NCBI GenBank assembly: GCA_963805975.1
Contig: CAWDVR010000002.1
Coordinates: forward strand, 704,001 to 768,000
DNA length: 64,000 bases
DNA from: an uncultured Acidobacteriota bacterium
GTDB taxonomy: Bacteria; Acidobacteriota; Thermoanaerobaculia; Multivoradales; SZUA-115
Reading direction: 5' to 3'
The translations under genes and the position numbers were made by a program. Below the pieces are notes generated by a model. It made no database searches. It was given only the letters and a program-made list of their open reading frames with translations, and was not told the origin of the DNA. Positions within the stretch are counted from its first letter, which is position 1. Each line of letters opens with the position of its first letter. Of this stretch, positions 52,859-61,934 are shown in pieces.

Positions 52859-52971
52859 CGGCGGCCGACCTAGATGGCTGTTGTCGAAAGCTGCTTCGTT
52901 GTCACGAAACAGCAGCCGTGTGCACGTTTTTCTTGCTCCACTTCGACCACTTCTGGAGCAAGGAGCAACGA

Positions 52972-54822
52972 ATGTCGATCCGACGCAGCACCGCGATCCT
53001 GGCGCTGGCCCTGATGCTCGTGGCCGGCACCCCCATGCAGTTGCTGGCCCAGGAGGCCGCGGCCAAGGCTCCCACCGCACCACAGGACCGGCGCGGGTTC
53101 GGCGGTCCGCTACCCGCCTCCGCAGTGCCGGGCTCCACGGCCGAGCGGCAGGCCGCCTGGAACAGCCTGACCCCGAAGGAGCAGGAGCAGAAGATCGAGG
53201 AGTTCCTCGAGCGGGTCGGGCCCGCGGTCCAGCGGGAGGCGGCCGAGAGAGCGCGGCGGCCGCGGCCCGTGCCGGCCCAGATCGTCGCCGGGCGCCCCGG
53301 CGAGGCGGTCTACACCCAGCCGACCGCCGTTCCCGCCGAGGGCGCGCGGCTCTCCTTCACGGGCGCGGCGCAAGCGCCCATCGAGCCCTGCTGGGAGCTG
53401 TCCTGCGGCTACAACGAGCCGCCCCAGGTCTTCGCCTCCGCCTCACCGCAGAGCGGGGCGGCGCCGCTCACCGTGAGCTTCTCCGCCTACGCCTACGACC
53501 CGGACGGCTACGTGACCAGCCTGTTCTGGAGCTTCGGCGACGGCGGCTATTCCTACGACTACCACCCCACCCACACCTACACCGCGGCGGGCACCTACTA
53601 TGCCGAGGTCTCGGTGACCGACGACCAGGGAGCCTCGGCATGGTCGTCGGTGGCGATCACGGTCGGCGGCGGGGGCGCCAACCAGCCGCCGCAGGTGAGC
53701 CTCGGCGGCTCACCGCTCGTCGGCTTCGGGCCGCTCAACGTCTCCTTCAACGCCTACGCCTCCGATCCGGACGGCTGGATCGCCTCCTACGCCTGGAGCT
53801 TCGGCGACGGCGGGTCGGCCGCCGGACCCGCGTCTCTCTCGCACACCTACACCACGGCGGGGATCTTCACGGCGAGCGTCACGGTGACGGACAACGCGGG
53901 CGCCACCGCCACGGCCTCCGCCACGGTCAAAGTGAGCGGCTCCACCTCGGATGCCGACCAGGACGGCCTCGACGACGGCCTCGAGGCGCAGCTCGCCTCG
54001 GGCTTCATGCCGATCTACCACGTGTCGGCCGGCGAGCAGCCCGGCACCGGCTTCGCACGCTTCCAGGACACGGCCTCGCTCGCCATTCTCCAGAACCTCC
54101 CGGCGGTGCCGCCGGCGGTCCACTGGCGGGTCTCGCCCCTCTTCGTGGCGAACCTCAACGGCGTGCCGCAGCAGTTCCTGCAGATCGACTACCTGACGAT
54201 CTGGAACCGGGACGACGGTCTCGAGATCGGCGGCGTCTGCCGCTTCGAGGCCGCGGTCCTGGGCGGGCTGGTGGGGTTTGGCCTGGTATCGGCCCTGGAT
54301 GGCCTCTTGTCGCACCCGCTCGACCCGGAACGGTCGGCCGTGCTCGTCTCGGCGCCGCTCGCCGGGGCCGGGGACCCCAACTCCTACCGCTCCCTCTCCT
54401 ACTACCTGGCCTCGCACGAAGGCACCTTCACCGACCACAGCATCTATTTGCCGCCTCCATACCCGCTGCCGCCCGGCAACCACGCCCTGATGTGGCACTC
54501 GAAGTCCAAGCACGCCACCTACGAGTTCAACCCCGACTACTTCCCACTGATCCCCAGTTGGGTGATCTACGCAACCTACTTCACGATCGAGGACCTGTAC
54601 TGGTTCGGCTGGATCGACTACTGGGACTACCTGATCTACCTGTCGATTGCCGACTCGGTGTTCTTCTCCTGCATCGTCGAGCACTTCTCCAACCAGGGAG
54701 GCTCGCTGCCCAGCTTCGAGCTCAACGTCGGAGAGAACGGCCGGCCGCTCAACGGTTCGAGCTGGATCGCGGACTCGCGCGTCGCCGAGAAGCTCCAGCC
54801 GCTCTGGATCCTGGTGAACTGA
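52972..54822 (+). CDS. Secreted protein with two PKD domains and an uncharacterised C-terminal domain
   Basis: AAGGAG RBS; signal peptide; two APLTVSF..D.DG....WSFGDG...HTYT.AG....VTD repeats; DADQDGLDD; C-terminal HPLDPE, YYLASHEG, SKHATY. Confidence 0.85.
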   Translation: MSIRRSTAILALALMLVAGTPMQLLAQEAAAKAPTAPQDRRGFGGPLPASAVPGSTAERQAAWNSLTPKEQEQKIEEFLERVGPAVQREAAERARRPRPVPAQIVAGRPGEAVYTQPTAVPAEGARLSFTGAAQAPIEPCWELSCGYNEPPQVFASASPQSGAAPLTVSFSAYAYDPDGYVTSLFWSFGDGGYSYDYHPTHTYTAAGTYYAEVSVTDDQGASAWSSVAITVGGGGANQPPQVSLGGSPLVGFGPLNVSFNAYASDPDGWIASYAWSFGDGGSAAGPASLSHTYTTAGIFTASVTVTDNAGATATASATVKVSGSTSDADQDGLDDGLEAQLASGFMPIYHVSAGEQPGTGFARFQDTASLAILQNLPAVPPAVHWRVSPLFVANLNGVPQQFLQIDYLTIWNRDDGLEIGGVCRFEAAVLGGLVGFGLVSALDGLLSHPLDPERSAVLVSAPLAGAGDPNSYRSLSYYLASHEGTFTDHSIYLPPPYPLPPGNHALMWHSKSKHATYEFNPDYFPLIPSWVIYATYFTIEDLYWFGWIDYWDYLIYLSIADSVFFSCIVEHFSNQGGSLPSFELNVGENGRPLNGSSWIADSRVAEKLQPLWILVN

Positions 54823-54905
54823 ACAGTCCTGCGTACAGGGCAAAGTTGCGCTCGACGGAGAGCCGTAAACGCCCGGCGAGCTAAGATCCGGCTCGAGAGA
54901 AGCCC

Positions 54906-55169
54906 ATGCTCGAGCCGCTCGCCCGCCTGCTGGTCTACGGGGCCGAGGCCTACCTCGGTCTGGGGCTGGCCTTCGCCTTGGCCTTCGTCTTCGTAGGCGC
55001 CGGGCGGATCGATCCGCAGGCGCGCCGGGGAACGCTCGGCTTCCGGCTCCTGATCCTCCCGGCCTCGGCCGCGCTCTGGCCGCTCCTCGCCTGGCGCTGG
55101 GCCCGAGGCACACCGCCGCCCGAGGAGCACAACGCGCACCGCGACGCGGCACGGGCGGCAGGCCCGTGA
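54906..55169 (+). CDS. Small 2-TM membrane protein
   Basis: YLGLGLAFALAFV..G..RIDP.A.....FRLLILP....LWPLL; first gene of an operon. Confidence 0.75.
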   Translation: MLEPLARLLVYGAEAYLGLGLAFALAFVFVGAGRIDPQARRGTLGFRLLILPASAALWPLLAWRWARGTPPPEEHNAHRDAARAAGP

Positions 55170-55312
55170 TCCTGCCGCTGCGCCGCCGGCACCGCCGGTA
55201 CTGGGTCGCCCTGGCGCTCCTCCTGCCGGCCCTCTACCTGGCCGCGCTCCTCGTACGGCCGGCGCCGCCGAGGATGGACGCGCTGCCCCCGGCCCTCACC
55301 ACGACACCCTGA
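55166..55312 (+). CDS. Small single-TM protein (48 aa; below the ORF-track cutoff)
   Basis: GTGA overlap with the upstream stop; MILPLRRRHRRYWVALALLLPALYLAALLVRP...; ends 10 nt before the next start. Confidence 0.6.
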   Translation: MILPLRRRHRRYWVALALLLPALYLAALLVRPAPPRMDALPPALTTTP

Positions 55313-55322
55313 CGAGGTCCGG

Positions 55323-56363
55323 ATGTCACACGCCTACCGGGCCGTCGGCTGGAACCGCCAGAAGAGGCTCTACGACGGCGTGGTCGCGGCCGGGATCGGG
55401 CTCTACCTCGCCGTCTTCCTGGCCGTGGGCTTCTGGCGGGACGCGAACGCCACCGCCGAGACCCTGCTCCTGCGGGCGCTCGGCACCTGCGCGCTCCTCC
55501 TGCTCCACGGGGTGCTGTCGATCGGCCCGCTCTGCCGGCTCGACCGCCGCTTCCTGCCGCTGCTCTACAACCGCCGTCATCTGGGTGTCGCCCTCTTCCT
55601 GGTGGCGCTGGCGCACGGGGTGCTGGCCATCGTCCAGTTCCATGCTCTGGGGGTCGAGCACCCGCTGGTCTCGGTCCTCACCAGCAACGGCCGGTACGGC
55701 AGCCTCGCCCAGTTCCCCTTCCAATCCCTGGGGCTCGCGGCCCTGGTGATCCTCTTCCTGATGGCCGCCACCAGCCACGACTTCTGGCTCGCCAACTTGA
55801 CGCCGCCGGTGTGGAAGGGCCTGCACATGCTGGTCTATCTCGCCTACGGGCTCCTGGTGCTGCACGTGGCGCTGGGGGTGCTCCAGGCCGAGACCGACCC
55901 GGCGCTCGCCCTGCTCCTGGGCGCCGGCATGCTGTGGCTGATCGGACTTCACCTCGCGGCCGGCTGGGGCGAGCGCACCGGCGACCGGCCGGCTCCCGGC
56001 CGTGTGGCTGCAGATGGCTTCGTCGAGGTGGCGCGGGTGGACGAGATCGCCGAGAAACGGGCCAAGATCGTCCAGCTCGGGGGTGAGCGGGTGGCCGTGT
56101 TCCGCTACGACGGGCGGATCTCCGCCCTCTCCAACGTCTGCCGGCACCAGAACGGCCCGCTCGGCGAAGGCCGCATCGTGGACGGCTGCGTGACCTGCCC
56201 CTGGCACGGCTTCCAGTACCGGCCGGAAACCGGCGCCTCGCCTCCTCCGTTTACAGAGAAGGTGCCCACGTTTCGGGTGCGGGTCGACGCCGGCCGGGTG
56301 CTGGTGCACCCCACCCCCAACCCGCCGGGGACCTACACCGAGCCGGCAGCGATCGCGCCATGA
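55323..56363 (+). CDS. Ferric-reductase-like (MsrQ-type) transmembrane domain fused to a Rieske [2Fe-2S] domain
   Basis: RRHLGV...AH, ATSHD, WKGLHMLVY...LH (candidate heme His); CRHQNGPL...CPWHG. Confidence 0.88.
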   Translation: MSHAYRAVGWNRQKRLYDGVVAAGIGLYLAVFLAVGFWRDANATAETLLLRALGTCALLLLHGVLSIGPLCRLDRRFLPLLYNRRHLGVALFLVALAHGVLAIVQFHALGVEHPLVSVLTSNGRYGSLAQFPFQSLGLAALVILFLMAATSHDFWLANLTPPVWKGLHMLVYLAYGLLVLHVALGVLQAETDPALALLLGAGMLWLIGLHLAAGWGERTGDRPAPGRVAADGFVEVARVDEIAEKRAKIVQLGGERVAVFRYDGRISALSNVCRHQNGPLGEGRIVDGCVTCPWHGFQYRPETGASPPPFTEKVPTFRVRVDAGRVLVHPTPNPPGTYTEPAAIAP

Positions 56364-57142
56364 TCTCTCCCGAAGACACCCCCTTCTACATCGGCTATCA
56401 GAAACAGGCGGCGCCGGAGCTGGCCACCTTCCTGCGCTGGCTGGTCCTCGGCCTGCTCGTTGCCGCCGCGGCGCTGGCAGCTTTCCTGCCCACGCGCCAG
56501 CAGCCGTTCGACGAAGGCACATTCGAATACGGCTACGTGCGCGACTTCCTAGGAGTGATCCGGGAGCGGCCCTACCCCGCGCTTTCCGTCGCCGCCACCC
56601 CCATCGAGGGCCCGGGCGCTGCCCCCGGCCAATCGAGCTATGATCTGGTCGCCACCGGAAAGCGAGGAGCTGCGCGAGAGGTCGAGGGGCTCGACGGACG
56701 GTGGGCCACGCTTCGCGGCAGCTTGATTCACCGGCAAGGGAAGACCATGGTCGAAATGGTCCCCGGGTCTGCTGCCGCCTTGGAGCACGACAGCGAGCCC
56801 GCCGCCCCGGCTGAAGCCGGCCGCGAGGAGGTCGCTCAACTGACGCTGGTAGGGGAGATCGTCGACAGCAAGTGCTTTCTGGGCGTGATGAAACCCGGCC
56901 GGGGCAAGCCGCACCGCGACTGCGCCGCTCTTTGTATCCGGGGCGGCATCCCGCCGCGCTTCGTGGTGCAGTCGGCGGACCGCCTGCTCGCCCTGCTGCT
57001 GGTCGATGAGGAGGGTGGACCGGTGAACGCGCGCGTGCTGGACAAGGTGGCCGAGCCCCTGAGCGTGACGGGGCGGGTCTGGAGGGTGGGGGGCGAGCTG
57101 CTCCTCGCCGCGGACCCGGCGACCTACCGCCGCCTGGACTAG
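56360..57142 (+). CDS. Membrane-anchored protein with a DSKC-x13-C-x3-C motif
   Basis: FYIGY, then one TM; GEIVDSKCFLGVMKPGRGKPHRDCAALCIRGGIP; ATGA-coupled to the Rieske gene. Confidence 0.75.
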   Translation: MISPEDTPFYIGYQKQAAPELATFLRWLVLGLLVAAAALAAFLPTRQQPFDEGTFEYGYVRDFLGVIRERPYPALSVAATPIEGPGAAPGQSSYDLVATGKRGAAREVEGLDGRWATLRGSLIHRQGKTMVEMVPGSAAALEHDSEPAAPAEAGREEVAQLTLVGEIVDSKCFLGVMKPGRGKPHRDCAALCIRGGIPPRFVVQSADRLLALLLVDEEGGPVNARVLDKVAEPLSVTGRVWRVGGELLLAADPATYRRLD

Positions 57143-57161
57143 ACCGCCGGAGCCGACGCCG

Positions 57162-57971
57162 ATGCTGCCCGAACCCGCCGAGACATCACCGGTGCCCCAC
57201 TACCCGCCCCACCCCGACCGCCTGCCCTCGGGCCACGCCGAGCAAGGCCGCTACCGGGCGCGCTTCGCGCGCACCGGGGCAGAGCTCGACGCCATCCTGC
57301 GGCTGCGCTTCGAAGTGTTCAACCTGGAGCTCGGGGAAGGCCTCGAGTCCTCCTACGCCACCGGCCGCGACGAGGACCGCTTCGACTCCACCTGCCACCA
57401 CCTGCTGGTCGAGGACACCCGGAACGGCGGTGCCATCGTCGGCACCTACCGCATGCAGACCAACGAGATGGCGGCGGACGGCGGCTTCTACACGGCCGGC
57501 GAGTTCGAGCTCTCGACGCTGCCGCCGGAGGTGATGGTGGGGTCGGTCGAGGTGGGCCGTGCCTGCATCGCGCGCGAGCACCGCAACCGGCAGACGCTCT
57601 TCCTGCTGTGGAAGGGCCTGGCCCTCTACATGATCTTCAACCGCAAGCGCTACCTCTTCGGCTGCTGCTCGCTGACCAGCCAGGACGGCTGCGAGGGCCT
57701 GGCCGCGCTCGCCCATCTCGAGGCCGGCGGCTTCCTGCACCCGGCGGTGAAGGTGCCGCCGCTCCCCGGCTTCGAGTGCGAGTGCGAGCGCCCGCTGCCG
57801 AGCGCGCCCGAGAGCTTCGAGCTGCCGGTGCTGTTCAAGACCTATCTGCGCTACAACGCCCTGGTGTGCGGACCGCCGGCCATCGACCGCGAGTTCAAGA
57901 CCATCGATTTCCTCATCCTGTTCGACATCGAGGCCATGGAACGCCGCACGTATGATCTCTACTTCGCGTGA
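57162..57971 (+). CDS. GNAT N-acyltransferase, OlsB (ornithine N-acyltransferase)-like
   Basis: LRFEVFNLELGEG, DEDRFD..CHHLLV, IVGTYR, EVGRACI, YLFGCCS, PAIDREFKTIDF. Confidence 0.85.
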   Translation: MLPEPAETSPVPHYPPHPDRLPSGHAEQGRYRARFARTGAELDAILRLRFEVFNLELGEGLESSYATGRDEDRFDSTCHHLLVEDTRNGGAIVGTYRMQTNEMAADGGFYTAGEFELSTLPPEVMVGSVEVGRACIAREHRNRQTLFLLWKGLALYMIFNRKRYLFGCCSLTSQDGCEGLAALAHLEAGGFLHPAVKVPPLPGFECECERPLPSAPESFELPVLFKTYLRYNALVCGPPAIDREFKTIDFLILFDIEAMERRTYDLYFA

Positions 57972-58005
57972 ACGCCCTGAGCGCGACGACGATACGGGAG
58001 ATGCC

Positions 58006-58539
58006 ATGAACTGCGACCGCACGCTCAAGGGCGACAACATCCACTTCCTGAGACAGGGGGTGGTGCTGCTCGAAGGGCTGAGCGACGCCCTCTACGCCTC
58101 GCCGCCCCCCATCCGGCTCTCCCCGGTGGGCGCCCATCTGCGCCACTGCCTGGATCTCTACACCTGCTTTCTCGCCGGCTTCCACAGCGGGCGCGTGGAC
58201 TACGACTCTCGGAACCGCGACCCGCTCCTCGAGACCGACCGCGGCTATGCGCTCGACGCCCTGGCGAGCATCATCCGGCGGCTCGAAGAGAGCCCGCTCG
58301 AGGAGCAGGACCGGCCGCTCCTCGCGGCCATGGACCGCGGCGCCGGCGAGCAGGGCGAGGCCGCCTTCAGCACCACCAGCGTGCGCCGGGAGCTGCAGTT
58401 CCTGCGCAGCCACACCGTGCACCATTACGCGCTGATCGCCGCCGTGCTGCGGGTGCAGGGCCACGAGCCGCCGGCGGACTTCGGCGTCGCGCCGGCGACG
58501 CTCACCTACCGCCGCGAGACCGCGGGCGCCCAGACCTAG
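58006..58539 (+). CDS. DinB/YfiT-superfamily metal-binding protein
   Basis: VGAHLRHCLD, VDYDSRNRD, RELQFLRSHTVHHYALI, FGVAPAT. Confidence 0.85.
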   Translation: MNCDRTLKGDNIHFLRQGVVLLEGLSDALYASPPPIRLSPVGAHLRHCLDLYTCFLAGFHSGRVDYDSRNRDPLLETDRGYALDALASIIRRLEESPLEEQDRPLLAAMDRGAGEQGEAAFSTTSVRRELQFLRSHTVHHYALIAAVLRVQGHEPPADFGVAPATLTYRRETAGAQT

Positions 58540-58543
58540 GCTC

Positions 58544-61145
58544 CTACTTCAGCCCCTTGGCCTGGCGGCGCCGGAAGTCGATCAGCCGCCGCGCGAGCGC
58601 CGGGAGCGATACGGGCTCGACGCCCCGCTCGCGGTTCAGGCGCCCGATCTCGAAGGCGAGCCGCCACTGCTTGAAGAGCGTGCGCCAGGCGACCAGCACG
58701 CTGTTGGCGGGATCGTAGATGTGGGTCGCCTCCGAGGTGACCCCGTTGAGCTCCAGCACGCAGGATCTGCTCGCCCTGGCGCGCCGCCTCCTCCGAGGGC
58801 ACTCGCAAATCGAAGCGGCCGAAGTAGAAGCCGTCGAAGCTCCGGCTGATGCGATCGATCGCGGCTTCGAGCCGAGGCGTCACCAGATCCCGGCCCTCCA
58901 GAAAGACGGCACCCCGGCAGTGGGTGCCGAGATCGGTCAGCCGCACGGCCTCACCGGCCCTCGGCACCTCCTCCGCGCGGGTCCCGAGCCCCGCCAGATA
59001 GGCGTCGGCGGCGCAGACGGCGCGGTCGTCGGCCAGGATCAGCTCCTCCACCGTGCGCTCGCCGTCCCCCACCACCGAGGGCAGGAGCTTCCGCGTGGTC
59101 GAGAACACGCTCCCCTTCTCCTGGCCCGGCAGGCGCACGTAGAAGACGCCCAGCTCGACGCCGCCGACGTGCTCCTGCACCACGCAGTCGAGGGGGATGG
59201 CGGCGAGCGCGGCGGCGAGCTCCGCCTCACTCCGCGCCACCAGCACACCGAGGCCGCGCTGGCCGGCGTCCGGCTTCACCACCACGGGAAAATCCAGCCC
59301 CTGGGCGGCCATGAAGGCGTGGGCCCCTGCCAGGCGTTCGACGAGAGAGGCTGCCGCCGGCAGGCGCGCGTAGCGGGCCACCGACCGGGGCTCGAGGTGG
59401 TCGAGGATCGCGCCCTTGGACTCGCCGATGAAACCCGACGCCGGCATCCCCGGGTTGGCGGCCGTGAAAAGCGTCGGGCTCCGATGCTTCAGGCCCAGCC
59501 AGAGGACGTACGCCACCACCGGCGGATAGAACATCCACGGCGGCCAGAACTCCCAGCGGAGCTTTCTCTGCAGGGCGCCGTAGAGGCGCCGCCGGCCGCG
59601 CCAGGTGGCGAGGGGCAGCGCCAGCTTGATCAGCAGGTACAGCCCGACCGCCAGCAACAGCAGGCCGCCCAGCGCCCGGCCGCGGAACAGCTCGAGCTGC
59701 TCCAGCGCGCGGGCCCCGGCCCAGGTGGCGAAACCCACCAGGATCGGCGTCCACACCAGCGCCGCCAGCGTGAACCAGCCGGCGAAGCGCCAGAAGCCGG
59801 CGCGCACCAGGCCGGCGCCCACGTAGGTGGCGAGCCGCGTGCCGGGGAGGAAACGGGTGGCGAAGACGATCACCGGACCCTTCTCTTCCAACCAGCGAGC
59901 GCCCCTCTCCACGGCTTCCGGCTTGATCCACCACTTGAGCGGCGCCCGTTGGAGCCCCGCCCGCCCCAAGAGCCGGCCGATCCCGTAGAGCGCCAGGTCC
60001 CCCACCACGATGCCGGCAAAGCAGGCCAGCGTGGCGGCGACGAAGGAAAGCCGCCCGTGTGCCACCAGCACCCCGGCGGCGATACAGGTCAGGTCCTCGG
60101 AGACGAGGGTGGCGAAGGCGAGTAGCGCCGCCAGCACCAGCAGCGTCACGCCGGCCGCCCGCGGCACCCCGTGAGTGTCGAAGGGTTGCGCCGCCGCCGC
60201 CAGGCGCTCGGGGCTGGCCATGGCACGGGTCGGCTCCTCGCCCCGCTCCACCCGTTCGACGAACTCCGTGATCGGCCGGGACAGGCGCTCGCTGCCCGCG
60301 AAGACCATGAAGTGGCTCTCGTCGAACAGCACCAGCTCGCTCTGCGGCACCAGGCGATAGCTCTCGCGCGCTGCCTCCACCGGCACCAGGATGTCGCCCT
60401 GGCCGTGCAGGATCAGCATCGGTACTTGCAGGCGGCCGAGGATTTGCCGCAGGGGGCGCTGATCGCTGTCGAAAAAGTTGCGGGCGTACTCGCGCGACAG
60501 CATGCCGCCGTCGAAGAGGCCGAAATGCGGCACCGCCTCGAACATCAGCCAGAGCCCGGCGAGCTGCGCGCCGTGCAGGGCGTGGTTGACGCGGTAGTCG
60601 CCCAAGAGCTCCAGCTCCTGGACGCCGATCGCCGACAGCATCGTCACCGAGGCCACCTGCCGCGGCCTTTGGTCGGCAAGCTCCAGAGCGACCCCGCCGC
60701 CCATCGAGAAGCCGAGCACGTGGGCGCGGTCGATCCCGAGCGCAGCCATCAGCTCGCCGGTGTAGGCCGCATGGGCGCGGATCGAGTAGTCCGGCACGTC
60801 GTGGCTCGAAGCCCCGAAACCGGGCAGGTCGGGAGCCACCACGCGGAACCGCGCCGCGAGCTCCGGCCCGAGGTTCAGGAAATCGCGGCTGCTCCCCGGG
60901 CTGCCGTGCAACAGGACGAGCACCGGCGTCTCCGGCCCGGCACCGGGCGGCGCCCACTCGCGATAGGCGACGAGCACCTTCGAGGGCAGAAGCTTCGTGC
61001 CGGTGGCGGCCGACACCTCGATCGTCGACAGGGCGGCGAGCGAAGGCGGTGCCGGAGGCTCGAGCCTGCGCACCCCGTGCGACGCGGCGAGCAGCACCAG
61101 GTAGGCGACGAGCACCCAGCGCAGGCAGCCCCGCCGCCGGGTCAC
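58544..61145 (-). CDS. Triple fusion: alpha/beta hydrolase, DedA/VTT membrane domain and ATP-grasp ligase (one +1 frameshift at about 58762)
   Basis: Hydrolase: LLHGSPG, GFSMGG, HGQGD, SHF. DedA: [27 protein letters not shown]-grasp: [26 protein letters not shown]. Removing one base gives [19 protein letters not shown]...AKGLK*. Confidence 0.88.
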
Positions 61146-61161
61146 GGAGGTTTCCAGGAGA

Positions 61162-61923
61162 TCACCTTCCGGACGCGAGCTGGAGGGTGTCGGCCGCCGT
61201 GCGCTCGAGCACGAGCGGTGCTCCGAGGGGGGCCTTGCACGGCGAGCCCGCGGCGTAGAGGAACGTGACCTCGCCGGCCGCCACCCGGACCCAGGAAAGG
61301 CTCACGCTCTTGGCGTCGCTCCGGTGCATGCAGGGCGAGTAGGGCCCGCGCTCCGGCCGATGGCTGCGATGGAAGTCGAGCAGCAATTCCGCCGAGAGCT
61401 CGCCGGAATCAGCGCGCATCTCGGCGAGCAGGGCCGTGCGCTCGCGGGCGGCACCGGGTGCGTCGAAGCCCGAGGAAGAAAGCGGCATCGGAGGGCCGGT
61501 GCCGAGCTCGAGCCGGCGCTCGCCGGTCCACTGCCAGGCGGCCTGCTCTCCCCCCGGTGCGAGCGCCAGCAGCGTGAACGGCCGAAAGCGGGAGAGATCT
61601 TGCCGGAAGAGTGCCGCCTTCGCCTCGGCGACTCCCGTTGCGGAGGCCAGCCTGCTCACCAGGTGGCCGCGGCTCTCGAACGCTCCACCGGCCGGCGCCG
61701 CGGGCACCGGCGCCTCGTAGAGGTTGAGCAGGCAGAGCCCGAGCCCCAGCTCGTTGACGGCGATCCAGCTCCCGCCGGCCTCGCCGTCCTCCGGGGCGAG
61801 AAAGCGCACCCCGTCCCGCCGTTGGAGCCGAGGTGGTGTCGCGGGCCGACGTAGGCGCGACTCGTCGCGGTTCGAGAGCAGCTCGTAACCGCCCGGCGTG
61901 AAGACCCAGCTCACCGTGCACAC
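61162..61923 (-). CDS. NRDE/TANGO2-family protein (Ntn-hydrolase-like)
   Basis: MCTVSW (Cys2), NRDE, GGSWIAVN, LLN, SRG, PFTL. Confidence 0.9.
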   Translation of the reverse strand: MCTVSWVFTPGGYELLSNRDESRLRRPATPPRLQRRDGVRFLAPEDGEAGGSWIAVNELGLGLCLLNLYEAPVPAAPAGGAFESRGHLVSRLASATGVAEAKAALFRQDLSRFRPFTLLALAPGGEQAAWQWTGERRLELGTGPPMPLSSSGFDAPGAARERTALLAEMRADSGELSAELLLDFHRSHRPERGPYSPCMHRSDAKSVSLSWVRVAAGEVTFLYAAGSPCKAPLGAPLVLERTAADTLQLASGR

Positions 61924-61934
61924 GGCGGGAAATC

